64,000 nt of DNA from the human T2T-CHM13v2.0 reference genome, Homo sapiens. The stretch is from NCBI RefSeq assembly GCF_009914755.1, contig NC_060931.1; one strand, 5' to 3'. This document shows, piece by piece, positions 29,141 through 40,484 of the stretch. The position numbers were made by a program, and so were the translations under genes. How positions within the stretch are numbered: position 1 is the first letter of the stretch; each line of letters begins with the position of its first letter. Under the pieces are notes generated by a model. The model made no database searches. It was not told the origin of the DNA and saw nothing but the letters and a program-made list of their open reading frames with translations.

Positions 29141-31020
29141 TCCCCTTAGATGAACTGCAATGGCCCAAAAGATAGTCAACTTACAGGAATGGATACCAGA
29201 GGTCCTCTAGGGTAGTGTTTTTCAAATTGTGGGCTTAGAATAAATTTAGTATGTCCCAAAGATAATTTTCTCAAAAGTGGAAGAGTAGAGTGGAATGAAA
29301 TAGATAATTCTAGGCACAATGTGTGAGGATATTGAATCTTTCCTAACTTTGGAACACGGGCACTATGAGCAAATCTTGGGGGAGGGGGAATTTGTATGTG
29401 TATATGCACAAGTAAATTTGAGAATGGCTTGTATAATTTGGGAATGGTTTGTATAATATTCATGGATATTCATTTGTAAAGAGCTCACATATGTGGAGCT
29501 CAGACATACTGAAGCTGAGTCTAACCCAGGAGAGAGAGGCTTCCAGCTCCTGCCTCCACCCTAAGACCCACTGGTGAGGGCACCGTACTGTGCTCTTGTT
29601 CCCTGCAGTGCTCATCCAGGGATAAGAACGGTATCCGAATGCTGGACTCACATTAGGGACCCTTTCTCACAAGGCTGTAGTAAAAACCATTGACTCATTT
29701 AAAGAAGGGAAACTCACCATGGGTTCCTGAAATTATCACAAGAGACAGGGACCCCTGGGAGGAGTAAGAGATTTTCATAATAATTGGGTAGGAAGGAGAA
29801 ATCATTTAATTCGAATATTTAAAGAAATGGGATCTAATTTCATACACCAAGTAAAGGGGGCCATATTGTTTATACAAATATCTCAGCTATGACAAGTTGT
29901 TTGGTCTATTAAAAAAGCTAGTTTTCAAATGTAACCAAATATGCTTGTGTTAAAGGAGAATGGTAACTTTTATTAATGTTAAAATCTGAGTTCCTACAGT
30001 TCTTATTTTCTGTTGTACTCATTCCTAGAGAAAGAAGGATACATTAGTATATATATGTTTGCATTAATAAAAAAGGCAGAAGAAGGAAACTCTACTCTGT
30101 TAAGAATGTCCCATAATTATTATTTTTAATTTTTGAAGTTTCTAATACAGCCAGAGAAAATAACCCTAGTGGAAAAGAAGGCATAAGCTTTGTAAAATAT
30201 AGATGCAGGCAACAAAAGAGATTTCAGATGATCTGAAAAAAGAGAAACCCCAATATGTCTCAGAGATTTGGTCTCTGAAGTGTCCTCGGAAGTAAACGTG
30301 GCCATATAAACTACTCTTCTACAGATGGGCCCTGGGCCTCACAGTACAAATCTCCTTGACAGAGGAGGATCTTCCTTTGCCCATTCTTTTTATACATGCA
30401 CACCATCCACAATATTTCTCCTTGAGAACAAAAAATGCAGGCATCGGCAAAGCGACAATCGAAAAAGAATCCAAATGTCACACAACCAGACAGATGGAAG
30501 GAGACAACATTGTTTTCTTACCATATCACTCAATCAACATTGCACTGAAGCACATGACTCTGCCAATATTTGACTGTTTGACTCACAAATATGACAATTC
30601 CACATGATTCAGCCTAATATTTATAGCATTCCCACCATGTATAGAATCCATAAGGGTAATTACATTTGCTGTACTATTTTCACAAAATGACAAAGCAAAT
30701 GACGATGAAACCCTTATGATAATTTCACAAAAGTCACAGAAAGAATTGTGGAAGGATTCTTTAAGACAATGTGTTTGCAGGAGTGGGAGGTTAACAAGCA
30801 AGGACATGGAAAGGCAAATCAGTACATCGTCACTGAGTACATACAATTCGCAAGATATTTGGTCCTTGTCCTCAAGTACCTACAATTTAGTTTGGAAGAT
30901 GTAATGCATGAAAAAAAAATTGCACCTAAGACAATTATATAATAATCACTTGGGACAGAGAAAATGACACAAAGAATATCAAACTGGGCAGGTCCTTAGA
31001 ATTTAAATAGTCTAACTCCC

Positions 31021-31175
31021 TTATTATTATTATTAGTATTAGTATTAGTATTAGTATTATTTTTGAGATGGAGTTCGCTCTGTCGCCCAGGCTGCAGTGC
31101 AGTGGCACAATCGCGGCTCACTGCATCCTCTGCCCTCCCGGTTCAAGCGATTCTTCTGCCTCGGCCTCCCGAGTA
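31021..31175 (-). mobile_element. Partial Alu right arm with (TTA/TAG)n tail
   Basis: Alu match stops at cctcccgagta. Confidence 0.88.
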
Positions 31176-32803
31176 TCCTGCTCACTACAGTCATGGTAAA
31201 AAAAAAAAAAAAATGTTTAAAGGCAGTGCTTCACTGATTTAAATATTGCATAGAGGTCAAAGAGAGTTAAGACCAAATAAATGCCACTGGATTTCACAAA
31301 TAGAAGAAGATGGGCAAAAAAATAAATAAATAAAAATAATAAAAAAATAAATCCCAGAGAGATCAAGTATTTAAATAAAAAGGCATTTCGTTAAACATGG
31401 CAGGCTGACTGCATGTGCTTATTTCCATCTCATTCCAAAGCCCAACTAAGGCGACAGTAAAGGAATAAAAAATTATGAACATACAAGGACAAGAACAGGA
31501 AAGCCAGCATTAGTGAATACAAGAGTTCCATACATTTTACAGATGCTAAAAAAGATGAAAGAATGGAAACAAGTCAGCAGAATGGAGGAAACTATAAGAA
31601 AAAAAAAAGTGTGCCTATACAGGAACAACCAATGAAAAAGCAACCAATTATCACCACACAGTTACACACACAAACACACTCAGGGTTAGGACCTGGTCCC
31701 ACCACACACCACACACCATAGAAGGTAAGAATGAAGCACAACACTGACAACAGGGGACTGTTTGAAAGCCCGGGAATATAGGATACTTGAGATTTCAGGT
31801 CCATTCCTCAACCCCAACACTGGCAAAAGAAGACCCAGGATGACATGTATGCAACAGGTCTACAGAAAAATCAGCCCAGATTACCACAAAAGGGCAGAGG
31901 CATCCAAAAAGGATATCTCCAGGATGAGAAAATGAGCAATTACATTATTTGATATATTGAACCTCGAACAATAATATTGATAAGCATTTGACATATCTGA
32001 TGAAGCAAGAAGAAACAACTTTTTAAAGTTCATTTAAAAAATAAGCAAATTTTTAAAGGCAAGGCAATTATTAACTCCAGGAAAAACAAAAAGCTGCATG
32101 AAAAACTTAATCCTCACATAAGACTTCATGAAAACTTTAAACTGCCACTCATCAAAGGGTACCACTAAGAAAGTAAAAAAGCAAGGCACTGTCTGGAAGA
32201 AAATATAAGATGTCCACCTGATAAAGAACTCATATCCTGAATACATAGAAAACTAAACAGCAACAGAAAAAAGACAAGCAACCCAAATAAAATACTGGCA
32301 AGAGACTTTAATGAAACTTCACAAAAGAAGATATCAAAATTACCAATAAGTACATGTAAAGGTGCTCATCAGGGAAAAGAGAGTAAAGTAATTTAAAAGG
32401 TATGAACATAAAAAGACAAAGAACAAGAAAGGCAAAAGAAATGGTAGGTAACTGGGATGGAAGAAACATTCTGTTACTTATCTGGGTGGTAGCTATGCAG
32501 ATATCCATATACATAGAAACTCATGAAGCTGAACACTTAAGATTTGTGCACTTTATTCAATAAAAATTGGACTTCAATCTTTAAAATGTAATCTTTTGCA
32601 ATAACAATTTTTGTTCAGTGTATAATTGGGGGAAGAACTAGAGGAGAAATAAAAAAGTTAAATTTACATATCTTCACCATACATTAAAAGATAGATCAAG
32701 AAATAGCTGTATAAGCATATTTTTGAGAAATCTCATGGTTAGCACTATTGCCTCTAACAAGATTGTAGGTTGAGGAGAGGGGAACAGGGGACTGTTATTT
32801 TTC

Positions 32804-33516
32804 TTTCTTTTTTTTAAATTTTACCTTAAGTTCTGGGATACATGTGCAGAATATGCAGGTTTGTCACATAGGTATACATGTGCAATGGTGGTTTGCTACA
32901 CCTATGAACCCCATCATTTAGGTTTTAAGCCCCACTTCAAACTATACTACAAGGCTACAGTAACCAAAACAACATGGTACTGGTACCAAAACAGATATAT
33001 AGACCAATGGAACAGAACAGAGACCTCAGAAATAACACCACACATCTACAGCCATCTGATCTTTGACAAATCTGGCAAAAATAAGCAATGGGGAAAGGAG
33101 TCCCTATTTACTAAATGGTGCTCGGAAAACTGGCTAGCCATATGCAGAAAACAGAAACTGGACCCCTTCCTTACACCTTATACAAAAATTAACTCAAGAT
33201 GGATCAAAGACTTAAATGTAAAACCTAAAACCATAAAAACCCTAGAAGAAAACCTAGGCAATACCACTCAGGACATAGGCATGGGCAAAGACTCTATGAC
33301 TAAAACACCAAAAGCAATTGCAACAAAAGCCAGAATTGACAAATGGGATCTAATTAAACTAAAGAGCTTCTGCACAGCAAAAGAAACTATCATCAGAGTG
33401 GGAGAAAATTTTTGCTATCTATCCATCTGACAAAGGGCTAATTATCCAGAATCTAAAAGGAACTTAAGCAAATTTACAAGAAAAAAACAACCCCATCAAA
33501 AAGTAGGCGAAGGATA
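32804..33516. mobile_element. L1PA (L1PA7/8-like) with 5' inversion: 3' end on - (32804-32933), ORF2 segment on + (32934-33516)
   Basis: Poly-T and antisense 3'UTR joined directly to sense ORF2 ([12 protein letters not shown]...); degenerate TSD t.....tttttc. Confidence 0.9.
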
Positions 33517-33911
33517 TACAGTTTTTCATGATAAGCTTTTTACTAACATATTTTTTAACTGCACACATAAAAATGTTAAACAAATATTAAATATGTGATT
33601 ATTTATATAAACCTGGGATGGAGAAGGTCTTTCAGGGACGCCTCTGTGAATATCATTTATTTTGCCACCCAGTGTCCACTCCCCATTCTGTACTCTAAGT
33701 TCCCTACCTCCTCCACTAAGAGTCCATATCGTTCAGGGGAATCTTCATTCCTGGCTTTCGCACTGGCTCATGACTCAGGCCCAATTCAACCAGTCCAACC
33801 CGTGGTCTTGGCCCTTGCTCTCAGAGATGTTTTTTCTTCCAGAGATAGGCACAAGGCCCAGTTTGGGCCACTGAGAGTTATACCAAAGAGTTCTGTAAAA
33901 ATGCTGAAGGA

Positions 33912-34440
<529 letters not shown>

Positions 34441-37400
34441 TCATTAAAAGCTAATCTAAATTTATATGTACAAGAACCATATATAAATTGTTAGATATTA
34501 TTATTATTAGCAATTAAATTCCTTTTTTCCTTAAGCCAGTTTGGGTTGAGCTTTCTGACACCTGCATGTAGCAGGATCCTGACTAATTCAACCACGCAAA
34601 AGAGAAACCAGACAAAACCAACCAATAGATGTAAGCAGATATACATAAAACATCAACAAAAACATTTTCTCAGTAGAAATCACCAAACAATTTAAAAGTA
34701 AATAGAAAAGGAAGAAAGAATGGTTGTAACCCTTAGGCTTGATAAAGTTTTTGCCCTTACTAATAACAAGACAGAATTGCTACAGAAAACGGGCAGAAAT
34801 ATAAAAGCACAATTCAAGAACAAAAACACGAATGCACAAAAGTTTGCTTTTTAAAAATCAAACAAATGAAATTAATCATGAACAAATTTTATCCAATGAC
34901 ATAGCTAAACATTGTTTTAAATTTTATTATCCAGAGTTGGCAAGTGTCTCATGGACTGCTGATGAGAATGTAAATTGGTACACCTTTCTGGAAGGCAATC
35001 TAGCTATAATAAAAATAGGCAAACCTTGGATGCAATAAGTCTTCTTCTAGGAATTTATCTAAGGAGATAATTAAAGAGGTGTGCAAACATTCTCCCTACA
35101 AATTTGCTCACTGACTTGTATTTCCATATAGAAACACTGGAAAAATGAATATTCAAAAGATAAGGCATTCAGTATAATCCATACATTCCAATAGTGTTCA
35201 ATAATTTAAAATATTGATGGAAAATATGTACATGTATAGAAGGATGTTCATAATTATGAAGTGAAATAAACAGGTCTTCAACTATACAGCAATGAGCCTG
35301 TTTTGGTTGTATAAATACATACACACATGGAAAAAGATCTACTCAGATACATATCAAATGGTAGTAAAATTTCCGAGTAGTAGAATTATGTGCTTCGTAA
35401 TTTGCTGGAGTTTTTTTCTGCTTATATGTACATTTCAGCCTTGTGGTTTTTTTCTGCTGACTAATACATTTCAGCCTTTCTCCAATGAATCTTCACTGAC
35501 TTTCAGTAAGAAAAAAACGTATTTAAAATTCCTAAAAAGCCATGTCACCTCTAAAAGTGATTTCAGACATGCAGTTGGAGCCTAAACATATGCAAGCTTT
35601 TAGGTGAAGCACAGATGATAAGAAAGTCAAGGGAGTGGACTCTCTTTTAAGAAAATTTGGTTGTAAAAACAAGAAGCAAAGGGTCTCAGGGACATATATG
35701 GTCTATAGTTATTGGGATGAAGAGTCTTCTCTGGAGAAGAGGAAGAGGCCAAAGGTGTAGAAAGAGGGAATCACGTGGGGATATGTCTAATGGAGCCTCT
35801 GACAGTAACATACTGTGCTTTCCTTTCTCCAGCGGCCTCCATTTGGGCTGGGCTGCTTTACCTGGATGCCAACATGCCCTTTTCTCTTTGTGCCAAGCAT
35901 ATCCTGATGCTACACAGACTCAGAAAGGGGGGCAGAACTCACCCTGGGGAAGAGCCTATACTCTCAGCCTCTTAGTGTTTGAACCTCTATACTAGGTGCG
36001 GCAGGCACTTTTCATCAGCACCTTTCCCCAGTGAAGAAAATAGGACGCTTGAAACCCCCAAGAGGGTCTCTCACCCCCGCTCCCATAGAAGACTGACCAC
36101 CATCCACAACTGCAGTCATAAAGTACACTTGACCTTGATCGTGAAAAAGTGAGTTTTGACAATTCACAGGACTTTGAATGCTCCGTAAGAGATTAGGTTT
36201 TCTTTTCATTTATTTTGAGCATATTAACAGCTGGTGACCTAGATTAAGAAATAATTCAATATGTGAAAAGGCAGACCATATCACTAAATTCCTTCACAGA
36301 TGGAAAGTGGATTCAGTGAAAAGCCTCAGACCGAAGAGTCAAGTAATTACTTGGAAGGCAGGAGGAGGAGTACCTACAAGTGGGTAAAATGAAGTGTGGA
36401 AAAAGGATGACAAAACCTGGCCCAGATCCCAAGCCAGCAGATCCCTGGCTACTTTCTGCACAAGTAACCCGGGCCTGGAAGGCAGCAGGCAGCCTTGCTA
36501 ATTCAGCTGCGGAGGGAGAGGCAGGAGGAGGATCACTTTAGTTCAGGATGAGCTTGGGTAGATATTAAAAGAAATACAATCCTCTTACTGCATGGAGAGT
36601 GTGCATGTGTGGAGGGAGGGACTAGAGGCAGCCACCAAGCCTCTGGGCCTGGGGACAAAAGGGATCAGTGCCCCCTCTGCTCAGCAACTCATGGTCAGCC
36701 GGAACTGGGAGGCAGCCTGAGATTGAGATTGGGTCTGAAGAGGGAAATTCATTGCCATCCTGAGCAACATGGCAAATCTGACTTCCAGTAAAACAGGAAA
36801 ACGCTAAACACCCCATATCCTAGGGACGGAAAATACTGCCACGTGAAAGAGAACACAGTTCAAGTGATACCAATCATGGGGCTCATTAGCCGGTGTTGAT
36901 TTTCAAGTACAATGCTCAAGCTACAATATAAAGGAAATGTCCTTTGCTCAGGACACAAATGAAGACCTCAGGGCCGTCATATACAGCAGTCACCAGGGAA
37001 GCCAGGCAAGCCTGGTGCCTGGTACAACTCCCCTCCACCTGCTTTGGGCTGTGCTTGCTACGGACCTGGGTTTCATTCATGCACGTCTCTGGGGAAAAAA
37101 AATAAATTACTGTGCGCAATTTACTGAGGGACTTGCAAAACAACAGAGAACCCAATTTGTGCAATCTGGATTTTTTAAAATGCAATAAAAGGTCCTTCTT
37201 TGTGCAGAAATATGCAGAAAGGAACTATTAGGTTCAGGTCATATTTATTTTTGACCTTCTAAAGAAGGACACTGGAGTCAAAAGGGACACAAACATATAG
37301 ACCAAAATTAAAAGTGTGTATATCTAGATCTCTGTTTTGAACTCCAGAACTCACCAGACAGCACTGTGTGATCACGATCCTACCCTATTGGTCCTGGGAG

Positions 37401-37935
37401 ATTTTTGGTGGCTTCTCTGTTAAATCGTTCGTGTCTGCTGCACTTAAGTAGCCACAAAATCCCCCGCAAGAAGGAAGGCTGCTGCAATCTCCCGCCCCGA
37501 TCTGCGGGCCGCGTCCCCGCGAGCTGCCTGCGGGCGCGCTGGGAGCCGGCCCGGGGAGATGCGAGCGCAGGGAGATGCGCTCTGCTCCGGGCGCAGCGGG
37601 CAAGCTGCCGCACCTCCTACTTCTGTTGCCTGGCTTGGGGCCAGGAGAGCGGCAACCCGGGGCCGGCTCCGGAGCTGGACATATCCGGCGTCTCCGGGGC
37701 CAGGGTCTGCGGGTCCCCGGCGCTGCGTCCTCCCGACCCGCTCCCCGCGGCGCCCGGGTCGCGCCTTGCGGCAGTCACCGAGCTGAGGGCAGGGCGTCCC
37801 AGCGTCCCTGGCCCCGGCCCCGCTCCGCAGCGCGCCGCACCCCGAGGCTCGGGCCCCGCACAGCTGCAGCCGGTGCCCTCCGGCCAAGCCCCCGCCTGGC
37901 GTCCCCGGCCCCAGCCCCGGCCGCCCGCCGCTGAC

Positions 37936-38004
37936 CTTTTCCTGCGCGCGGTTGAGTCGCTTCTGGACGTTCTTGGCGAAGATGCCCGTCTTGATGTCGG
38001 CCAT
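37936..38004 (-). CDS. AMPH: Amphiphysin coding exon 1 (residues 1-23, N-BAR helix-0 region)
   Basis: Minus strand reads gcagccATGG (strong Kozak), then MADIKTGIFAKNVQKRLNRAQEK, the recognised amphiphysin N-terminus. It is followed by a phase-0 donor AAG|GTCAGC at 37936|37935 and lies in a CpG island. Confidence 0.97.
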
Positions 38005-38154
38005 GGCTGCGGGTCCGGGGAGCTGCGAAGAGCAGAGCGCGCAGCGGGGCTGGCGGCGGCGCGGAGGAGCGGGAGGAGGAGCGGGAGGAGGAGGAGAGGG
38101 CCGAGCAAGGGAGGAGCGGGAGAAGCGGCGGGGAGCCGCGGAGCGCGGAGGGGT

Positions 38155-38250
38155 GAGGGCGGGGCGCGGCGGCGGGACCAGCTTAAAGCGACAGAGCGGG
38201 GGCGGGATGCGTCGGGACTGGCTGTGACATGGGGAGAAGGGGCGGGGGAA
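38155..38250 (-). promoter_or_regulatory. Probable AMPH core promoter: GC boxes and a TATA-like TTTAA
   Basis: GGGCGG motifs near 38157, 38200 and 38240. An isolated AT patch (minus-strand CTTTAAGC, 38181-38188) sits in GC-rich DNA about 180 nt upstream of the ATG. The TSS cannot be fixed from sequence. Confidence 0.55.
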
Positions 38251-39239
38251 GAAAGAGAAAGAGGCCAAGAAAAAGAGAGGGAAAAGCCAGAAGCCAGATT
38301 GTCTCCTCGATGATAGAAGAGTTTCGAGAGGAGAAAGGGAACCAAGCCTAGCAGAAGTCCCTGGGCCCAGGGGCAGCTCGGGGGTTCTTTTAATGCAGTT
38401 TGTATTTGGGGAGAGTGAGGGGACCTGATTCTTTCCAGCAAAAAAAGAAATAGGGGAGACAAAAAAGGGAAGAACCCTAGGGATGTGGAAGCCAGCTGGA
38501 TTGGAACTGCTCTGAAGTGGAGCTGATGGGGCTGGTCCCTTGCTGCTCCCAAAAGTTTCCAGCTAACAGAGGCCCCTCCATACACCCTGGGTGTTGCAGA
38601 AGAAGGTATGGAGGTCGCCCTACCCTCAGGAGGCTCACAGCCCAGTGAGGGGCCCTGGCTGGGAAACCAACGAAGTCAGAGCTGCAGGAGAGAGGCGTGT
38701 GGAGAGCAAAGCGGGGAGAGACCATCGCTGACACTTGTTTAAACTTTAAAACAAGAGTTAGCAGGGCGGGGAGGTCCGCGTTGAGAAAGGTCAGCTTCCG
38801 GAAGACAGGCGATGTGTTTTGGTCATCTCCAAAATTCCTGTGCTGGGCAGAAACCTTAGAATAGACTACTCTTCAAGAAATGGTGCATGGAACAGTCAAG
38901 TCCCTTATAGCTTCGCATCAACCATGGAAGACCCAGTCCCCCCTAACTTGTTGCTTCCTTGGAAACCTTTTGGCAACCTTAACAGGGACTCACCATCCCT
39001 ATTATTCTTATTAATGCTTGGGAGAAGTACGAATAATAGGGATAAACCTGCCCTACACCTAGAGCTCTTGTTGGCTCTGACCAGTGGTCAAACTATTCAT
39101 ATTCCATTCTCACTGAGAGTGTGAGGAGAAGAAGTCAGGTGGTGCCCTGCAAACAGAGGTCAGAAGTGGTCACTCACAGTGAATCCTATGAGTCCAGGTG
39201 AGCATCCTACTGTACCTCTGGGGGAAACTGTTACATTGG

Positions 39240-39764
39240 TAGACCTCAGCGAGCTGCCACCTGGTGTTCGCTCTTGTGTCACCCTGTAGTCCCCTCACCT
39301 TGATTCTAGAATGATGCTATGGCCAGCTTTAATCAATAAGATGTGGTGAAAGTGACGCCATGGTAATTCCAGTCCCCCCCCCACCCACCCAACCTAGAAA
39401 CCAGGCAAGTTTTGCCCTCTGGGGATTCCTGTGACACCATATAGGAAATTCAGCTAATTCAGCTACCCTGCTGCAAAAATAAAATAAAATAAAATAACAA
39501 GGAGAGGCCATACAGAAAGGGAGAGGCCCTGAGATTACGCAGAGAGAGAGAGAGAGAGAGAGAGCAGCCAAGATGTCCCAGCTGAGCCCATTCTCCAATC
39601 AGTTCACTGGCTGGCTGCAGCCACACAAGCAACCATCAGCAAGACCAGCAGAAGAACCACTCAGCTAATCCCAGCCAGAGTGCAGAATGTGAGCAAACAA
39701 AACAGTTTTTATGAGTCGATCACTTTTATAATGCTTTATTATAAAACAGTAGGTACCTGGAACA
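39240..39764 (+). mobile_element. Old MaLR LTR (MLT1G/H-like) with internal (AG)n
   Basis: ccagcagaagaaccactcagct...ccagccagagtgcagaatgtgagcaaac, ending ...tggaaca. Confidence 0.65.
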
Positions 39765-39794
39765 CCTGGTCTATGTGCTTGGCTCTTATTTCCC

Positions 39795-39905
39795 TAGGAT
39801 AAATATCTGCCCCAGTTTCCTTAGGAATTAAGGAATTTCCAGGACACAGGACTCTTAGTGCTAACAGTGGGAAAGTTCTGAGCAAATTTGGATGAGTCCT
39901 ACTTA
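39795..39905 (+). mobile_element. MER81-like hAT miniature element
   Basis: ttccaggacacaggactcttagtgctaacagtgggaaagttctgagcaaa resembles the recalled MER81 consensus. Confidence 0.55.
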
Positions 39906-40040
39906 TAACACTCCAAGTAAACAGAGGTTTATTTCAGAGAGATAAAAAAAAATCCACCACTTGGTCAACATTCAATGAAAAAGGCTATGCTCAGAAACCA
40001 GGAATTTGAGTCACCTCCCTCAAACAGGGGCCTTTGGGGC

Positions 40041-40484
40041 TGTAATGGTTATACTGAGTGTCAACTTGATTGAATTGAAGGATACAAAGTATTGATCCTG
40101 GGTATGTCTATGAGGGTGTTGCCGAAGGAGATTAACATTTGAGTCAGTGGGCTTAGAAAGGCAGACCCACCCTTAATCTGGGTGGGCACCATCTAATCAG
40201 CTGCCAGCGTGCCTAGAATATAAGCAGGCAGAAAAATGTGAAAAGAGAGACTGGCCTGGCCTCCCAGCCTACATTTTTCTCCCGTGCTAGATGCTTCCTG
40301 CCCTCGAACATCAGACTTGAATTTCTTGTTTTGGAGTTTTGGAACTCGGACTGGCTCTCCTTGCTTCTCAGCCTGCAGACAGCCTATCGTGGGACCTTGT
40401 CATCGTGTGAGTTAATACTTAAAAACACACATATATATATGTGTTCCATCAGTTCTGTCCTTCTAGAGAACCCTGACTGATACA
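40041..40484 (+). mobile_element. MLT2A (HERV-L) solo LTR
   Basis: tgtaatggttatactgagtgtcaacttgattg...tctagagaaccctgactgataca; TG...CA ends; 444 bp. Confidence 0.92.

Larger units (their letters stand above)
37490..38250. promoter_or_regulatory. CpG island spanning AMPH promoter, 5'UTR, exon 1 and start of intron 1
   Basis: Very high GC with dense CpG, against CpG-depleted AT-rich flanks. Confidence 0.93.

Noticed and set aside
32804-32830. Sense-oriented L1 3' end as a premature poly(A) site for AMPH
   Set aside because: No intact AATAAA on the - strand at this tail.
37340-37366. Possible REST/NRSE site (cagaactcaccagacagcac)
   Set aside because: Only partial half-site similarity, with wrong spacing.
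37405-38585. Long overlapping ORFs (302, 274 and 322 aa) on both strands
   Set aside because: Stop-codon scarcity in a CpG island and low-complexity Pro/Arg/Ala/Gly composition. Only the 23 AMPH codons are recognisable.
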